Positions 38,321 to 49,372 of a stretch of DNA of 53,165 nucleotides are shown one piece after another. Numbering within the stretch: position 1 is the first letter of the stretch; each line of letters opens with the position of its first letter. The stretch spans positions 1-53,165 of the forward strand of contig JACCVQ010000153.1 in the NCBI GenBank assembly GCA_013698095.1, written 5' to 3'. Made by a program: the position numbers and the translations under genes. The notes under the pieces are model-generated. The model ran no database searches. It had not been told where the DNA came from and saw only the letters and a list, made by a program, of their open reading frames with translations. This DNA is from Chloroflexota bacterium (GTDB lineage Bacteria; Chloroflexota; Limnocylindria; Limnocylindrales; CSP1-4).

Positions 38321-39493
38321 GTGTCCGGAATCGTCGAGCCCACGCGTACCCAGCCGCTCGCGATCGACGTGCGCGGGATTCGGCGCGTCTACAACGTCAA
38401 GCCGAAGCCGGTCGTCGCCCTCGACGGCGTCGACCTGGCCGTCGAGCCCGGCGAGTTCTTTGGCCTGCTCGGCCCCAACGGCGCGGGCAAGACGACACTG
38501 ATCAAGATCCTGACCACACTCCTCCTGCCGTCGGAGGGGACGGCCCGGATCTTCGGCTTCGACGTCTCGCGCCAGACAAAGCAGATCCGCCGGATCATGA
38601 ACATGGTCGCCGGCGGCGAGCAGTCGGGCTACGGGATCCTGACCGTTCGCGAGCAGCTCTGGATGTTCAGCCAGTTCTACGGCCTGCCATCGCGCGACGG
38701 CTGGAACCGGGTCGACGAGCTGGTCGAGGCGGTGGGCCTGGAGGAGCAGACCGCCCAAAGGGTGAGCACCCTCTCGACCGGCCAGCGCCAGCGGATGAAC
38801 TTTGCCCGGGGCCTCCTGAACGACCCCTGGATCTTCTTCCTCGACGAGCCGACGCTCGGCCTCGACGTCTCGGCCGCGCGGGCAGTTCGCGAGCTGATCC
38901 TCGCCTGGAAGGCCGCGGTCCCGGGTCGAACGGTCCTCCTGACCACCCACTACATGGCCGAGGCCGACGAGTTGTGCGACCGGATCGCGATCGTCGACCA
39001 CGGCCGGATCCTTGCCCTCGGCACGCCCGACGAGCTGAAGAAGCGCGTCCAGCGCGAGTCCGTCTTCCGTCTCGAGCTCGACCGGCTCGACGGCGGCGCG
39101 GCGGCTCTCCGGCGCCTGCCGGGTGTCGTCAGCGCGGCACTTGCGGCCGGCGACCAGGCCGACGGCGGCGCCGAACGCCGGACCGTCGAGGTCAACCTCG
39201 CCCTCGTGGACGACGGCGCGCTTGGCGGCGTGGTCGGCGCCCTCGGCGGGCTGGGATCCAGCATCCTCGCCCTCCGCAAGTCCGAACCGTCGCTCGAGGA
39301 CGTCTTCGTCGAGCTCGTCGGGCGCGGCTTCGGCGACGAATCGACGGACGACGACCACACAGCCGACGCCGCCAACGGCGCCGCCGACAAAGGCGCCGGC
39401 AACGGCTCAGTCCCGGGCCTCCGCGCCGACGACCCGAACGTGACCGACACCACCGACGACGCCCGGGAACGCGAAGCCGAGGCGATTCGATGA
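38321..39493 (+). CDS. ABC-2 type exporter ATP-binding protein
   Basis: 'GPNGAGKTT', 'LSTGQ', 'FFLDEPTLGLD', 'TTHYMAEADELCDR', 'PSLEDVF'. Confidence 0.92.
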   Translation: MSGIVEPTRTQPLAIDVRGIRRVYNVKPKPVVALDGVDLAVEPGEFFGLLGPNGAGKTTLIKILTTLLLPSEGTARIFGFDVSRQTKQIRRIMNMVAGGEQSGYGILTVREQLWMFSQFYGLPSRDGWNRVDELVEAVGLEEQTAQRVSTLSTGQRQRMNFARGLLNDPWIFFLDEPTLGLDVSAARAVRELILAWKAAVPGRTVLLTTHYMAEADELCDRIAIVDHGRILALGTPDELKKRVQRESVFRLELDRLDGGAAALRRLPGVVSAALAAGDQADGGAERRTVEVNLALVDDGALGGVVGALGGLGSSILALRKSEPSLEDVFVELVGRGFGDESTDDDHTADAANGAADKGAGNGSVPGLRADDPNVTDTTDDAREREAEAIR

Positions 39494-40437
39494 GCCTGCC
39501 GGCGAGGGAACCAGCACGGCCGCCCGGCGCCGCCCGCCGGACGAACGCGGCGCCCGGGCGGAACGCCTTCGTCTACCGCCCGACGGCCAGCCCCCAGGAG
39601 GCCGCGATCTGGACCCAACGCCAGGTCGCGCTGACGAACCTCCGGACCGTGGCCGGCCGAGCTTACCCGCGGGTCACCGGCCTCCTCCGCGAGAAGAGCT
39701 GGATCTTCTTCGAGATCCTGCTGCCGTTCCTGTCGACGTCGGCGTTCGTCTTCGTCTACCGCGCGCTCGAAGCGCCGCCGCAGTACATCGGCTTCGTCGT
39801 CCTGGGCGGGGCGATGACCGCGTTCTGGCTGAACGTCATCTGGATGATGGCCCAGCAGCTCTGGTGGGAGAAGAGCCAGGGCAATCTCGAGCTGTATTTC
39901 GCAGCCCCGATGAACATCATGGCCGTCCTGTTCGGGATGGCGTTCGGGGGCTTCGTGATGAGCTCGAGCCGGGCGGCTGCCGTCCTCGTCATCGCGACGA
40001 CGGTCTACGGAGTCACCTTCGCGATCGATCAGTGGGCCCTCCTGATCGGGGTGTTCCTGCTGACCCTGGCCGCCCTGTACGGCCTCGGGATGGTCCTCGC
40101 CAGCCTCTTCCTGATGTGGGGCCGCGAGGCGTGGCACCTGACCCAGCTCCTCGTGGAGCCCGTGTACTTCGTGTCCGGGCTGAACTTCCCGGTGGGGCGC
40201 CTCGGTGTCCTCGGCTCGATTGCGATCAGCATCCTGCCGCTCGCGGTCGGGCTCGACGCGATGCGCCAGCTGGCCTTCGCCGATGCCGCCTATCCGATCG
40301 GCACGCCGTCACCCGCGGTCGAGGCCCTGATCCTCGTCGCGATGACCGTCGTGTTCCTGGTCCTGGCCCGCTGGACGCTCGTCACCCTGGAGCGTCGCGC
40401 GCGCCAGGAAGGCCGCCTGTCGGTCCGCTGGCAGTGA
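39490..40437 (+). CDS. ABC-2 type permease
   Basis: ATGA overlap; 'WEKSQGNLELYF.AP', ~6 TM, ends 'ARQEGRL'. Confidence 0.85.
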   Translation: MSLPAREPARPPGAARRTNAAPGRNAFVYRPTASPQEAAIWTQRQVALTNLRTVAGRAYPRVTGLLREKSWIFFEILLPFLSTSAFVFVYRALEAPPQYIGFVVLGGAMTAFWLNVIWMMAQQLWWEKSQGNLELYFAAPMNIMAVLFGMAFGGFVMSSSRAAAVLVIATTVYGVTFAIDQWALLIGVFLLTLAALYGLGMVLASLFLMWGREAWHLTQLLVEPVYFVSGLNFPVGRLGVLGSIAISILPLAVGLDAMRQLAFADAAYPIGTPSPAVEALILVAMTVVFLVLARWTLVTLERRARQEGRLSVRWQ

Positions 40438-40483
40438 GCGCGCCAGCGAGCAGCGCGGCTCCAAGTGTCGTGGCGCCCGCCCG

Positions 40484-41452
40484 ATGACCACCGAGCCCGC
40501 CATCCGACCCGACGCCGCCGGCCTTGCCTCGCCCGAGTGGGGCGGCTTCGACATGGCCCGGACCCGCGGCCGCGGCTGGCCCGACGTCCGGCGCAGCTTC
40601 ACGACCGCGGTCCGCCTCGGCTGGCAGATGGAGGCGAACTGGACCGACCCGGTGTTGTTCTTCATCTACTCGGTCGCGAAGCCGCTCGCCTCGGCCCTGA
40701 TCCTCGTCGTGATGCTCGACGTGATCAGCGGCGGCGCGAAGCCTGAGTACCGCGCATTCGTGGTCGTCGGGAGCGCCCTCTGGTCGTTCGTCCTGTCCGG
40801 CGTCAGCGGCCTGGCGTGGATGATCCTCGACGACCGCGAGCGCTACCGGATGCTGAAGTACATCTACGTCAGCCCGAGCGACTTCCTCGCCGTCGTGTTC
40901 GGACGCGGGGTGGCCCGGATCGGGGTGGGGGCCATGGGCGCCGCGATCACGCTCGCGATCGGGGTCGTGTTCCTGAACGTCCCCTTCGACGTGAGCCGGA
41001 TCGACTGGCCGATCCTCGTGACGGTCATGACCCTCGGCGTCGGCTCCATCCTCGCGATCGCCCTCCTGCTCGCGGCAATCTGCATGCAGACTCGCCAGGA
41101 GTCGTGGTCGTACCCGGAGGCGGCGGCGGGCGCCCTCTTCCTTGTCTCGGGCGTCGTGTTCCCGCTGAGCGTCCTGCCCCTGCCCGTCCAGGCGCTCGGC
41201 CTGCTGACGCCCCTGACGTGGTGGGTCGAGGGGGTCCGGTTGGCGCTGTTTCCCGGCGGGCTGACCGCGATCGGTGGGCCGGGCTCGCTCTTCACCGAGC
41301 TGACCGGGACGGCCGGGCCCGGCGCGGCCATGATCGTCCTCGTGTTGCTGGCGACCGGGGCGATGGCTACACTCGGGGCATTGGCGGTGTTCCGGGCGAG
41401 CGACCGACGGGCCAAGGATCGCGGGCTGCTCGACCAGACCACAGGCTCCTGA
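40484..41452 (+). CDS. ABC-2 type permease
   Basis: 'DDRERYRMLKYIYVSP', 'SGVVFPLSVLP...PLTWW'. Confidence 0.85.
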   Translation: MTTEPAIRPDAAGLASPEWGGFDMARTRGRGWPDVRRSFTTAVRLGWQMEANWTDPVLFFIYSVAKPLASALILVVMLDVISGGAKPEYRAFVVVGSALWSFVLSGVSGLAWMILDDRERYRMLKYIYVSPSDFLAVVFGRGVARIGVGAMGAAITLAIGVVFLNVPFDVSRIDWPILVTVMTLGVGSILAIALLLAAICMQTRQESWSYPEAAAGALFLVSGVVFPLSVLPLPVQALGLLTPLTWWVEGVRLALFPGGLTAIGGPGSLFTELTGTAGPGAAMIVLVLLATGAMATLGALAVFRASDRRAKDRGLLDQTTGS

Positions 41453-41524
41453 CGGACGGCAAGCGCGGACGGCACTGGATGACACCCGGCCGGACGCCTT
41501 GGCAGCTCGATCGAGGGAGATTGA

Positions 41525-42043
41525 ATGCGCATCTACGAGGGCAGTCCGCGCCAGGACTTCGAGGAGGTCTTCCGCTCGATCGGGGCCTTCATCGACCAGC
41601 GCGTGATGCGCGACGTCCTCCTCGTCGAGGCGCCCGACGGCTTCATCGTCCAGGGTGTCGTCACCGCCGGCGGGTCGGGCGGGACCTGGTCGGAGGCGAT
41701 GGGCTCGCAGACCAAGGAGACGCTGACCTTCCTCGACGACGACATCGCCCGGTTCATGGAAGAATCGGTCGCCCGGCGCGGGCACGCAAGTCCCGAGGCG
41801 AAGAACGCCCTCGCCGGCTTCTACGAGACGGCGCTCCGGGTGATCGGCCGCTACATCGACGAGCAGAAACCGCGCGACGTCTTCTTCTTCGAGCAGGACG
41901 GAGCGTTCGTCGTCCGCCTCTTCCAGTTCGGCCAGGCGGGCGGCCATCACACTCTCGCTGAGTTCACCCGCGACGACATCGCCCAGATGGTCAACCAGGG
42001 CCCGACACTCCGGGTCCCGGTGCCGGCTCCAAAGCCCGCCTAG
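41525..42043 (+). CDS. Hypothetical protein with two tandem homologous domains
   Basis: GAGGGAG SD; GC3-rich codons; internal repeat '(F/Y)E..(F/L)R.IG.(F/Y)ID...RDV...E....F.V'. Confidence 0.8.
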   Translation: MRIYEGSPRQDFEEVFRSIGAFIDQRVMRDVLLVEAPDGFIVQGVVTAGGSGGTWSEAMGSQTKETLTFLDDDIARFMEESVARRGHASPEAKNALAGFYETALRVIGRYIDEQKPRDVFFFEQDGAFVVRLFQFGQAGGHHTLAEFTRDDIAQMVNQGPTLRVPVPAPKPA

Positions 42044-42113
42044 TTCGACTGATCCGGCGCCAAACCACACAGCTCCCAACCAAGCCCTCGTACCCCACCT
42101 GGAGGAACCGACC

Positions 42114-42269
42114 ATGAAGGCTCTCAAGACCGTCGCCGTCGCCCTCGGCATCACCCTTGCCGCGCTGATCGTTATCCCGCTCATTGTCCTGGCCGGACTG
42201 TTCGTCTGGCTGAAGGTCACCGAGGAGCAGGAAGAGGACCTCCTCGAGCTCGATCGCGACGGCGCGTAA
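42114..42269 (+). CDS. Small (51 aa) single-TM protein, absent from the ORF track
   Basis: GGAGG at 42101; MKALKTVAVALGITLAALIVIPLIVLAGLFVWLKVTEEQEEDLLELDRDGA*. Confidence 0.7.
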   Translation: MKALKTVAVALGITLAALIVIPLIVLAGLFVWLKVTEEQEEDLLELDRDGA

Positions 42270-42323
42270 TCGGGAGTGACGACGCCGCTGCGCCGGATGG
42301 CGCGGCGGCCGGAGCCGCTCGAC

Positions 42324-42347
42324 CGCCCGTCGGACACCCGACGGGCG
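42324..42347. terminator. GC-rich hairpin between the small ORF and the EamA gene
   Basis: CGCCCGTCGG-ACAC-CCGACGGGCG; no U tract. Confidence 0.35.
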
Positions 42348-42352
42348 TCGTC

Positions 42353-43273
42353 GTGTCCTCGAGCGAGCGCCAGATCGCCGAGCTGGCTGTCCTCGGGGTG
42401 ATGGTGGTCTGGGCGGGCAACTTCATCGTCGTGAAGTCCGCCCTCGAGGCTCTGCCGCCGGTCGGCTTCACGTTCCTCCGGTTCGCCCTGGCTTCGGCGA
42501 CCCTGATGGTCCTGCTTCGCTGGCGCGAGGGCTCCATCGGCCTGCCGCGGCGCGACCTGATCGCGATCTGTGGACTCGGCGCCGTCGGGTTCGGGCTGTA
42601 CCAGATCCTCTGGACGACCGGGCTCCAGCAGATCGCGGCGGGCGACTCGGCGCTGATCATCGCCTCGACCCCGGTCCTCGTCGCGCTCCTCGCGGTGATC
42701 GCCCGCTCCGACGTCCTGACACCCGACAAGTTCCTCGGCGGCCTCCTGTCCTTCACGGGCGTGGCCGTCGTCATCGCCAGCGGGCCTGGCCTGAGCCTTG
42801 GAGGCTCCATCGTTGGCGAGGCGATCACGCTCGTCGCCTCGATCTGCTGGGCGATCTACACCGCATTCGGAGCGCCGTTCCTGCGTCGCCACTCGCCGCT
42901 CCGGACGACGGCCTGGGCGACCGTCGCCGGCACGCTGGTCCTGGCGCCAGTCGCGGCGATCCAGCTGACGACCGTCGACGTGGCGGCGGCAGTGAGCCCC
43001 GGCGTCTTCGGCGCGATCCTGTATTCCGGCTTCCTGGCGGCGGGAATCGCGAACGTGATCGTGCTCAACGGCGTGCGCGTCGTCGGCCCGACCCGGACGT
43101 CGGCGTACCAGTTCCTCGTCCCGGCCCTGGCGGTCGTCATGGCGGCCGCCATCCTGTCGGAGGACATCCGGCTCGGCCAGGTGATCGGCGGTGTGGTCAT
43201 CGTGGCCGGCGTCTTGATCACCCGCGGCGGCGCGCCCTTCCGAATCCCGGCGGGAGTCCGCAACCGAGCCTGA
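42353..43273 (+). CDS. EamA/DMT family transporter
   Basis: 'VWAGNFIVVK', 'FLRFALA', 'GLQQIAAGDSALI', 'VGPTRTS.Y..LVP'. Confidence 0.9.
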   Translation: MSSSERQIAELAVLGVMVVWAGNFIVVKSALEALPPVGFTFLRFALASATLMVLLRWREGSIGLPRRDLIAICGLGAVGFGLYQILWTTGLQQIAAGDSALIIASTPVLVALLAVIARSDVLTPDKFLGGLLSFTGVAVVIASGPGLSLGGSIVGEAITLVASICWAIYTAFGAPFLRRHSPLRTTAWATVAGTLVLAPVAAIQLTTVDVAAAVSPGVFGAILYSGFLAAGIANVIVLNGVRVVGPTRTSAYQFLVPALAVVMAAAILSEDIRLGQVIGGVVIVAGVLITRGGAPFRIPAGVRNRA

Positions 43274-43319
43274 CGTGGGGCGAAACCCGTCCTGCCGAGG
43301 CTGGCGAACCAGATGAACG

Positions 43320-43594
43320 TTTGCCGGATGATGCACGGGATGAACTGGGCTGCGCACTCGCTGATCCACGGGCCGAACCCGACCTCGACGTAGCTCTCCT
43401 CGTGGCAGACGGGGGGCGATCTCGCGAGGCCTAGCCGGATCAGTGATCACGACGAGCCGCTGACCCTGGCTGAACCCGGCTGACGGGGCGGGCTGGGCGA
43501 GCCGCGCGATCTGCTCGATCGTCTCGCGCGGGACGCCACCCGACGTGAAGCGTCGGACTGTCCGCCGCTTCATCACCACGTCGCGGAACTCCAT
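43320..43594 (-). pseudogene. Nitroreductase-family remnant (frameshifted, 3'-truncated)
   Basis: 'MEFRDVVMKRRTVRRF...APSAGFSQGQRLVVITD'; a protein-like continuation needs a frame change at the C6 run (43411-43416). Confidence 0.65.
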
Positions 43595-43645
43595 CGAAGC
43601 CTTCGGCGCCCGGATCGCCTTGCCGTCGGAGCCGCTATTCGATAG

Positions 43646-45382
<1,737 letters not shown>

Positions 45383-45399
45383 CCGCCAGCCCGACGAGG

Positions 45400-45616
45400 T
45401 GTCCCGCAGACCCGCGGGCTGTCGTGGACCATATCGACCGCATCGATATCTCCGGCCCGTGGCGCGCGGCAGGGGGCGGTGACCCGCCCGTGATGGCCGA
45501 TTCATCGATCAGATCGACCACGCGGGCCCTTGATGCAGCGTGGATGGAGGGCGGGCAGCTCGCCTGATGATCTGCCAACCCCTGGAATATCGATGCCGTC
45601 GATACGCGCTGGGACA
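45400..45616. repeat. Long nested inverted-repeat element
   Basis: 45432-45449 pairs with 45587-45604 (17/18), plus inner and outer stems. Confidence 0.7.
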
Positions 45617-45685
45617 ACGACCGTGACAAGGCACAACCTGCCGGGCGCGTAGACTCGACAGGAACGTGATGAAGGAGCCGCCGCC

Positions 45686-46399
45686 ATGAAGATCTTCCTC
45701 GACACCGCCGACATCAGCGAGATCCGCAAGGTCGCCAAATGGGGCGTCCTCGACGGCGTCACCACCAACCCGACCCTGTTCGCGAAGACGAGCGGCTCGT
45801 CCTACGAAGAGGTCCTCAAGGAGATCTGCACGATCACCAGCGGGCCCGTGTCCGCCGAGGTCGTGGCGGAGGACGTCGAGGGGATGCTCCGTGAGGGCCG
45901 GGCGTTCGCCAAGCTCGCCCCGAACATCGTCGTCAAGGTCCCGATGAGCGAGGAAGGCCTCGAGGCGATCGCGACCTTCGCTGACGAGGGAATCAAGACG
46001 AACTGCACCCTGATCTTCACCGCCAACCAGGGGCTCCTCGCGGCCAAGGCCGGCGCCTCGCTCCTGTCGCCGTTTGTCGGCCGGCTCGACGACATCAACC
46101 AGGACGGGATGATCGTCATCCGCGAGCTGGTCGACATCGTGACGATCCACGACCTCGAGACCGAGGTGCTGGCCGCGTCGATCCGGAACCCGCTCCACAT
46201 GACCCAGGCCGCGCTGGCCGGTGCCCACGTCGCGACGCTCCCGTTCAAGGTCCTCCAGCAGATGGCACACCACCCGCTCACCGATTCCGGGATCAAGCAG
46301 TTCCGGACCGACTGGGAGAAGGCGCGCGTGGCGCTCGACACGCAGAAGGGCTCCGACAAGGCGAAGGCCGCCGCCGCGCCGACGAAGCCCGGCGCGTAG
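45686..46399 (+). CDS. fsa: Transaldolase / fructose-6-phosphate aldolase (short Fsa/TalC type)
   Basis: 'MKIFLDTA', 'GVTTNPTL', 'VVKVP', 'NCTLIF', 'SPFVGRLDD', 'AASIR', 'HPLTD.G'. Confidence 0.92.
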   Translation: MKIFLDTADISEIRKVAKWGVLDGVTTNPTLFAKTSGSSYEEVLKEICTITSGPVSAEVVAEDVEGMLREGRAFAKLAPNIVVKVPMSEEGLEAIATFADEGIKTNCTLIFTANQGLLAAKAGASLLSPFVGRLDDINQDGMIVIRELVDIVTIHDLETEVLAASIRNPLHMTQAALAGAHVATLPFKVLQQMAHHPLTDSGIKQFRTDWEKARVALDTQKGSDKAKAAAAPTKPGA

Positions 46400-46461
46400 T
46401 CCTCGCCGAGCGCGGACGCAGTGGCCCCGCGTCGACCGTTTTTGCCGGTCCCGCCGTCGCC

Positions 46462-47592
46462 TTAGACGATCCGGGTGCCCGCGCGCACTACGCCGCGCAC
46501 GACGAGGTCGTCGTCGAGCTCGACCAGGTCCGCCAGCTGGCCTTCGGCGACACGGCCGCGGTCCGTGACGCCGAGCATCGCCAGTGGGTTGCGACTCGCC
46601 GCGGCCACGGCGACGGGCAGCGAGAATCCGGCTCGAACCATGTTCCGGACCGCCGTATCCAGCGCGATCACGGAGCCGGCCAGCGTGCCCGACCCGTCGG
46701 CCAACGTGCAGCGCCCGTCCTTCACCTCGATCTCGAGACCCGAGATCGTCAGCCGGCCGTCGCCCATGCCGGCCATCGATAGGGCGTCCGAAATCAGCAT
46801 CATCCGGTCGGCCGGCTTGGTGCGCTGGATGATCCTCCAGAGGGCCGGATGGACGTGGTGGCCGTCCGCGATCAGCTCGACCCAGGCGTCGTCGCGGGTG
46901 AGCGCGGCGACGGCCACGCCGGGCGATCGGTGGTCGATCCCGCTCATCCCGTTGAACAGGTGCGTCGTCGTGACACCGCCGGCGTCGTAGCCGGCGAGGG
47001 CGCCCGCCAGGTCGGCGTTGGAGTGGCCGATCGAGATCCGGACGCCGAGCGACGTGAGGCGCCGGATGAGCTCGAGCCCACCGGGGATCTCGGGTGCGAC
47101 CGTCATCACGGTCAGGCCGTCGACGAGCGGTTCGATGTCGGACCACGGCACGTCGGCCGGATTGAGCAGGAGCGACGGGTTGTGAGCGCCCTTCTTGGCG
47201 TGTGAGATGAACGGCCCCTCGATGTTGAAGCCGATCGGGTCGGCCCCGTTCGCGGGCGCAGCGGGCAACCACGCCCGGACTCGATCCGCCCAGGCATGGA
47301 GGACCGGCAGCGGGTTCGTCACGCCGGTGGGCAGGAACGAGGTCACGCCGTGGCGGAGGAGGGCGCGCGCCATCCCGTCCAACGCGTGGGCGTCGCCCAT
47401 CGCGTCGTGGCCGCCCCAGCCGTGGACATGGACGTCGACGAAGCCCGGCGAGATGTACGGCAGGTCCGCGCCCGCGCCGGGCGCGTCGTTCTCGATGTCA
47501 ACGGCGGCGATCCGATCGTCCTCGATCACCAGCCGCCCGACGGCGACCGAGTCGTCGAGGATGAGCCGGCCGCGAAGCTCCGAGCCCGTCAT
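46462..47592 (-). CDS. nagA: N-acetylglucosamine-6-phosphate deacetylase
   Basis: 'PGFVDVHVHG', 'EGPFIS..KKGAH', 'THLFNGM', 'IADGHHVHP', 'ISDA', 'TLAGS'. Confidence 0.92.
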   Translation of the reverse strand: MTGSELRGRLILDDSVAVGRLVIEDDRIAAVDIENDAPGAGADLPYISPGFVDVHVHGWGGHDAMGDAHALDGMARALLRHGVTSFLPTGVTNPLPVLHAWADRVRAWLPAAPANGADPIGFNIEGPFISHAKKGAHNPSLLLNPADVPWSDIEPLVDGLTVMTVAPEIPGGLELIRRLTSLGVRISIGHSNADLAGALAGYDAGGVTTTHLFNGMSGIDHRSPGVAVAALTRDDAWVELIADGHHVHPALWRIIQRTKPADRMMLISDALSMAGMGDGRLTISGLEIEVKDGRCTLADGSGTLAGSVIALDTAVRNMVRAGFSLPVAVAAASRNPLAMLGVTDRGRVAEGQLADLVELDDDLVVRGVVRAGTRIV

Positions 47593-48341
47593 CAGCCCTC
47601 GCCTTCGGGCGAGCCGTCGACAGGGTTCTCGACCTCGAAGGACACGTCGAGGGCGTAACGGCTGGCCGGGTAGCGCGATTCGGTCGACTCGATCCGGCGG
47701 CCAGTGTCATCGACGATCACGCGGCGCTCGATCAGGAGCGGCTCGCCGCGCCGGATATCGAGCAGACGCGCGTCCTCGGCACTCGCGGCGCCGGCGCTCA
47801 CCGTTCCGGTCCCGCTCCGGAGCGTCAGGCCGGCCGCACCGATCGCTCCATGGAGCGAGCCGGTCTCGAGATCTGCCGCCAGCACGGCTTTGCCACAATC
47901 GATGACCAGGACCGCGGATTCGAGCGCCATCGGCTCTCCGTCAGCGAAACGCACGCGACGGACTTCGACGATCGGCTCGCCAGGCGCCAGGGCGAGGGAC
48001 GCCGCTTCCGGGCGGGTCGACGGCCGAATGGCGCGGGCGAGCAGGCGCGACGAGGGAAGTCGGCCGCGCCGGGCCATCTCGCTGCTGAACGTCATCAAGC
48101 GGTCGGTCCGGCGGTGAGTTGATGGGCTCGAGACGAACGAACCGCGGCCCGGGTGGCGGGCAACGAGGCCTTCCTCGGCGAGCCGCTGCATCGCGTTCCG
48201 GGCGGTCATCCGGCTGACCCCGAACTCGGCGACGAGCTCGGCGTCGGACGGCAGCCGATCGCCGGGCTGGAGCGTGTGGATCCGTTCGCGCAGGACCTGC
48301 TCGATCCGACGATGGTGGGGGACCCACGCGGCATCGATCAT
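47592..48341 (-). CDS. GntR-family regulator with UTRA domain (NagR/HutC-like)
   Basis: 'PGDRLPSDAEL...FGVSRMT.R', 'GRGSFV', 'FSSEM..RG'. Confidence 0.9.
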   Translation of the reverse strand: MIDAAWVPHHRRIEQVLRERIHTLQPGDRLPSDAELVAEFGVSRMTARNAMQRLAEEGLVARHPGRGSFVSSPSTHRRTDRLMTFSSEMARRGRLPSSRLLARAIRPSTRPEAASLALAPGEPIVEVRRVRFADGEPMALESAVLVIDCGKAVLAADLETGSLHGAIGAAGLTLRSGTGTVSAGAASAEDARLLDIRRGEPLLIERRVIVDDTGRRIESTESRYPASRYALDVSFEVENPVDGSPEGEG

Positions 48342-49369
48342 GCGTGGTCTCCGGCGCGGCCGGTGGCCGCCGCGGCCGCGGCGCTGACGGCCAACTCGCC
48401 GGACTCAGCGGACTCCGTCGCCTGCTCGGCGCCGTGGATCGCGGCCCCGATCGCCCCCGCCCACGTCCCGAGCTCGGCCGTCACGATCTCGACCTCGTCG
48501 ACCGATGTCGTCAGGACCCGCCGCCGAACCTCCGCCCGGATCTCGGGCAGGAGCAGGTCGGCGCCTGCCGCGATCCCGCCCCCGATCACGACCCGATCGG
48601 GCGAGATCACCACGATCATGTTGCCGATCCCGATCCCGAGGTAGCGCCCAACCCGGCGGAGCCCTTCGATCGCCGCCGCGTCACCGTTGCGTGCTCGTTC
48701 GACGGCCTCCTCCGCGCTCGGTGCGCCGCACGCCTCTGCAATCCGATCGGCCCGGCAGAACGCCTCGAGGCAGCCGTTGTTGCCGCAATTGCACGCCGGA
48801 CCATCCGGATCGATCGTCTGGTGGCCCACCTCGCCGGCCGTTCCGTCGTGGCCTTGGTGGACCTTGCCGTCGACCGCGATGACCCCGCCAACGCCCGTCC
48901 CGAGGGTCAGCCCCACGAGCGAAGACGCGCCGCGACCCGCTCCGAGGCGGAGCTCCGCGAGACCGAACGCCCGGGCGTCGTTGATGAGCGCGACCGGCAG
49001 GCCGAGCGCGTCACCGACCGGACCCGCCACCGGGTAGCCGTCCCACGGCCCCGGGACGTTCACGAGGAACCGGGTCGCGCCCGTCCGTGGGTCGTAGAGC
49101 CCGGGGATCCCGATGCCGGCCGTTCTGATCGATGGCCCGCGATCGCCGGCCGGCCAGCGATCGAGGGCGGCTCGGCCTGTCTCGGCGAGCTGCGGGACGA
49201 TCGCGTCGGGGCCGCCGCGGCGGGTCGCCACCTGGCCCCGATCCAGGACCCGCCAGTCACCGGCCTCGAGCTCGAGGATCGTCCACTTCAGGTTCGTCCC
49301 GCCGAGGTCGAGCCCGAGATGGCGGCTGACACGCCCGCGACCCGAGCCGGCGCCGGTGTCGGTCGCCAT
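48338..49369 (-). CDS. ROK-family sugar kinase
   Basis: 'GLDLGGTN', 'INDARA', 'TLGTGVGG', 'GEVGH', 'CNCGNNGCLE'; no HTH. Confidence 0.9.
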   Translation of the reverse strand: MATDTGAGSGRGRVSRHLGLDLGGTNLKWTILELEAGDWRVLDRGQVATRRGGPDAIVPQLAETGRAALDRWPAGDRGPSIRTAGIGIPGLYDPRTGATRFLVNVPGPWDGYPVAGPVGDALGLPVALINDARAFGLAELRLGAGRGASSLVGLTLGTGVGGVIAVDGKVHQGHDGTAGEVGHQTIDPDGPACNCGNNGCLEAFCRADRIAEACGAPSAEEAVERARNGDAAAIEGLRRVGRYLGIGIGNMIVVISPDRVVIGGGIAAGADLLLPEIRAEVRRRVLTTSVDEVEIVTAELGTWAGAIGAAIHGAEQATESAESGELAVSAAAAAATGRAGDHA

Positions 49370-49372
49370 GGT

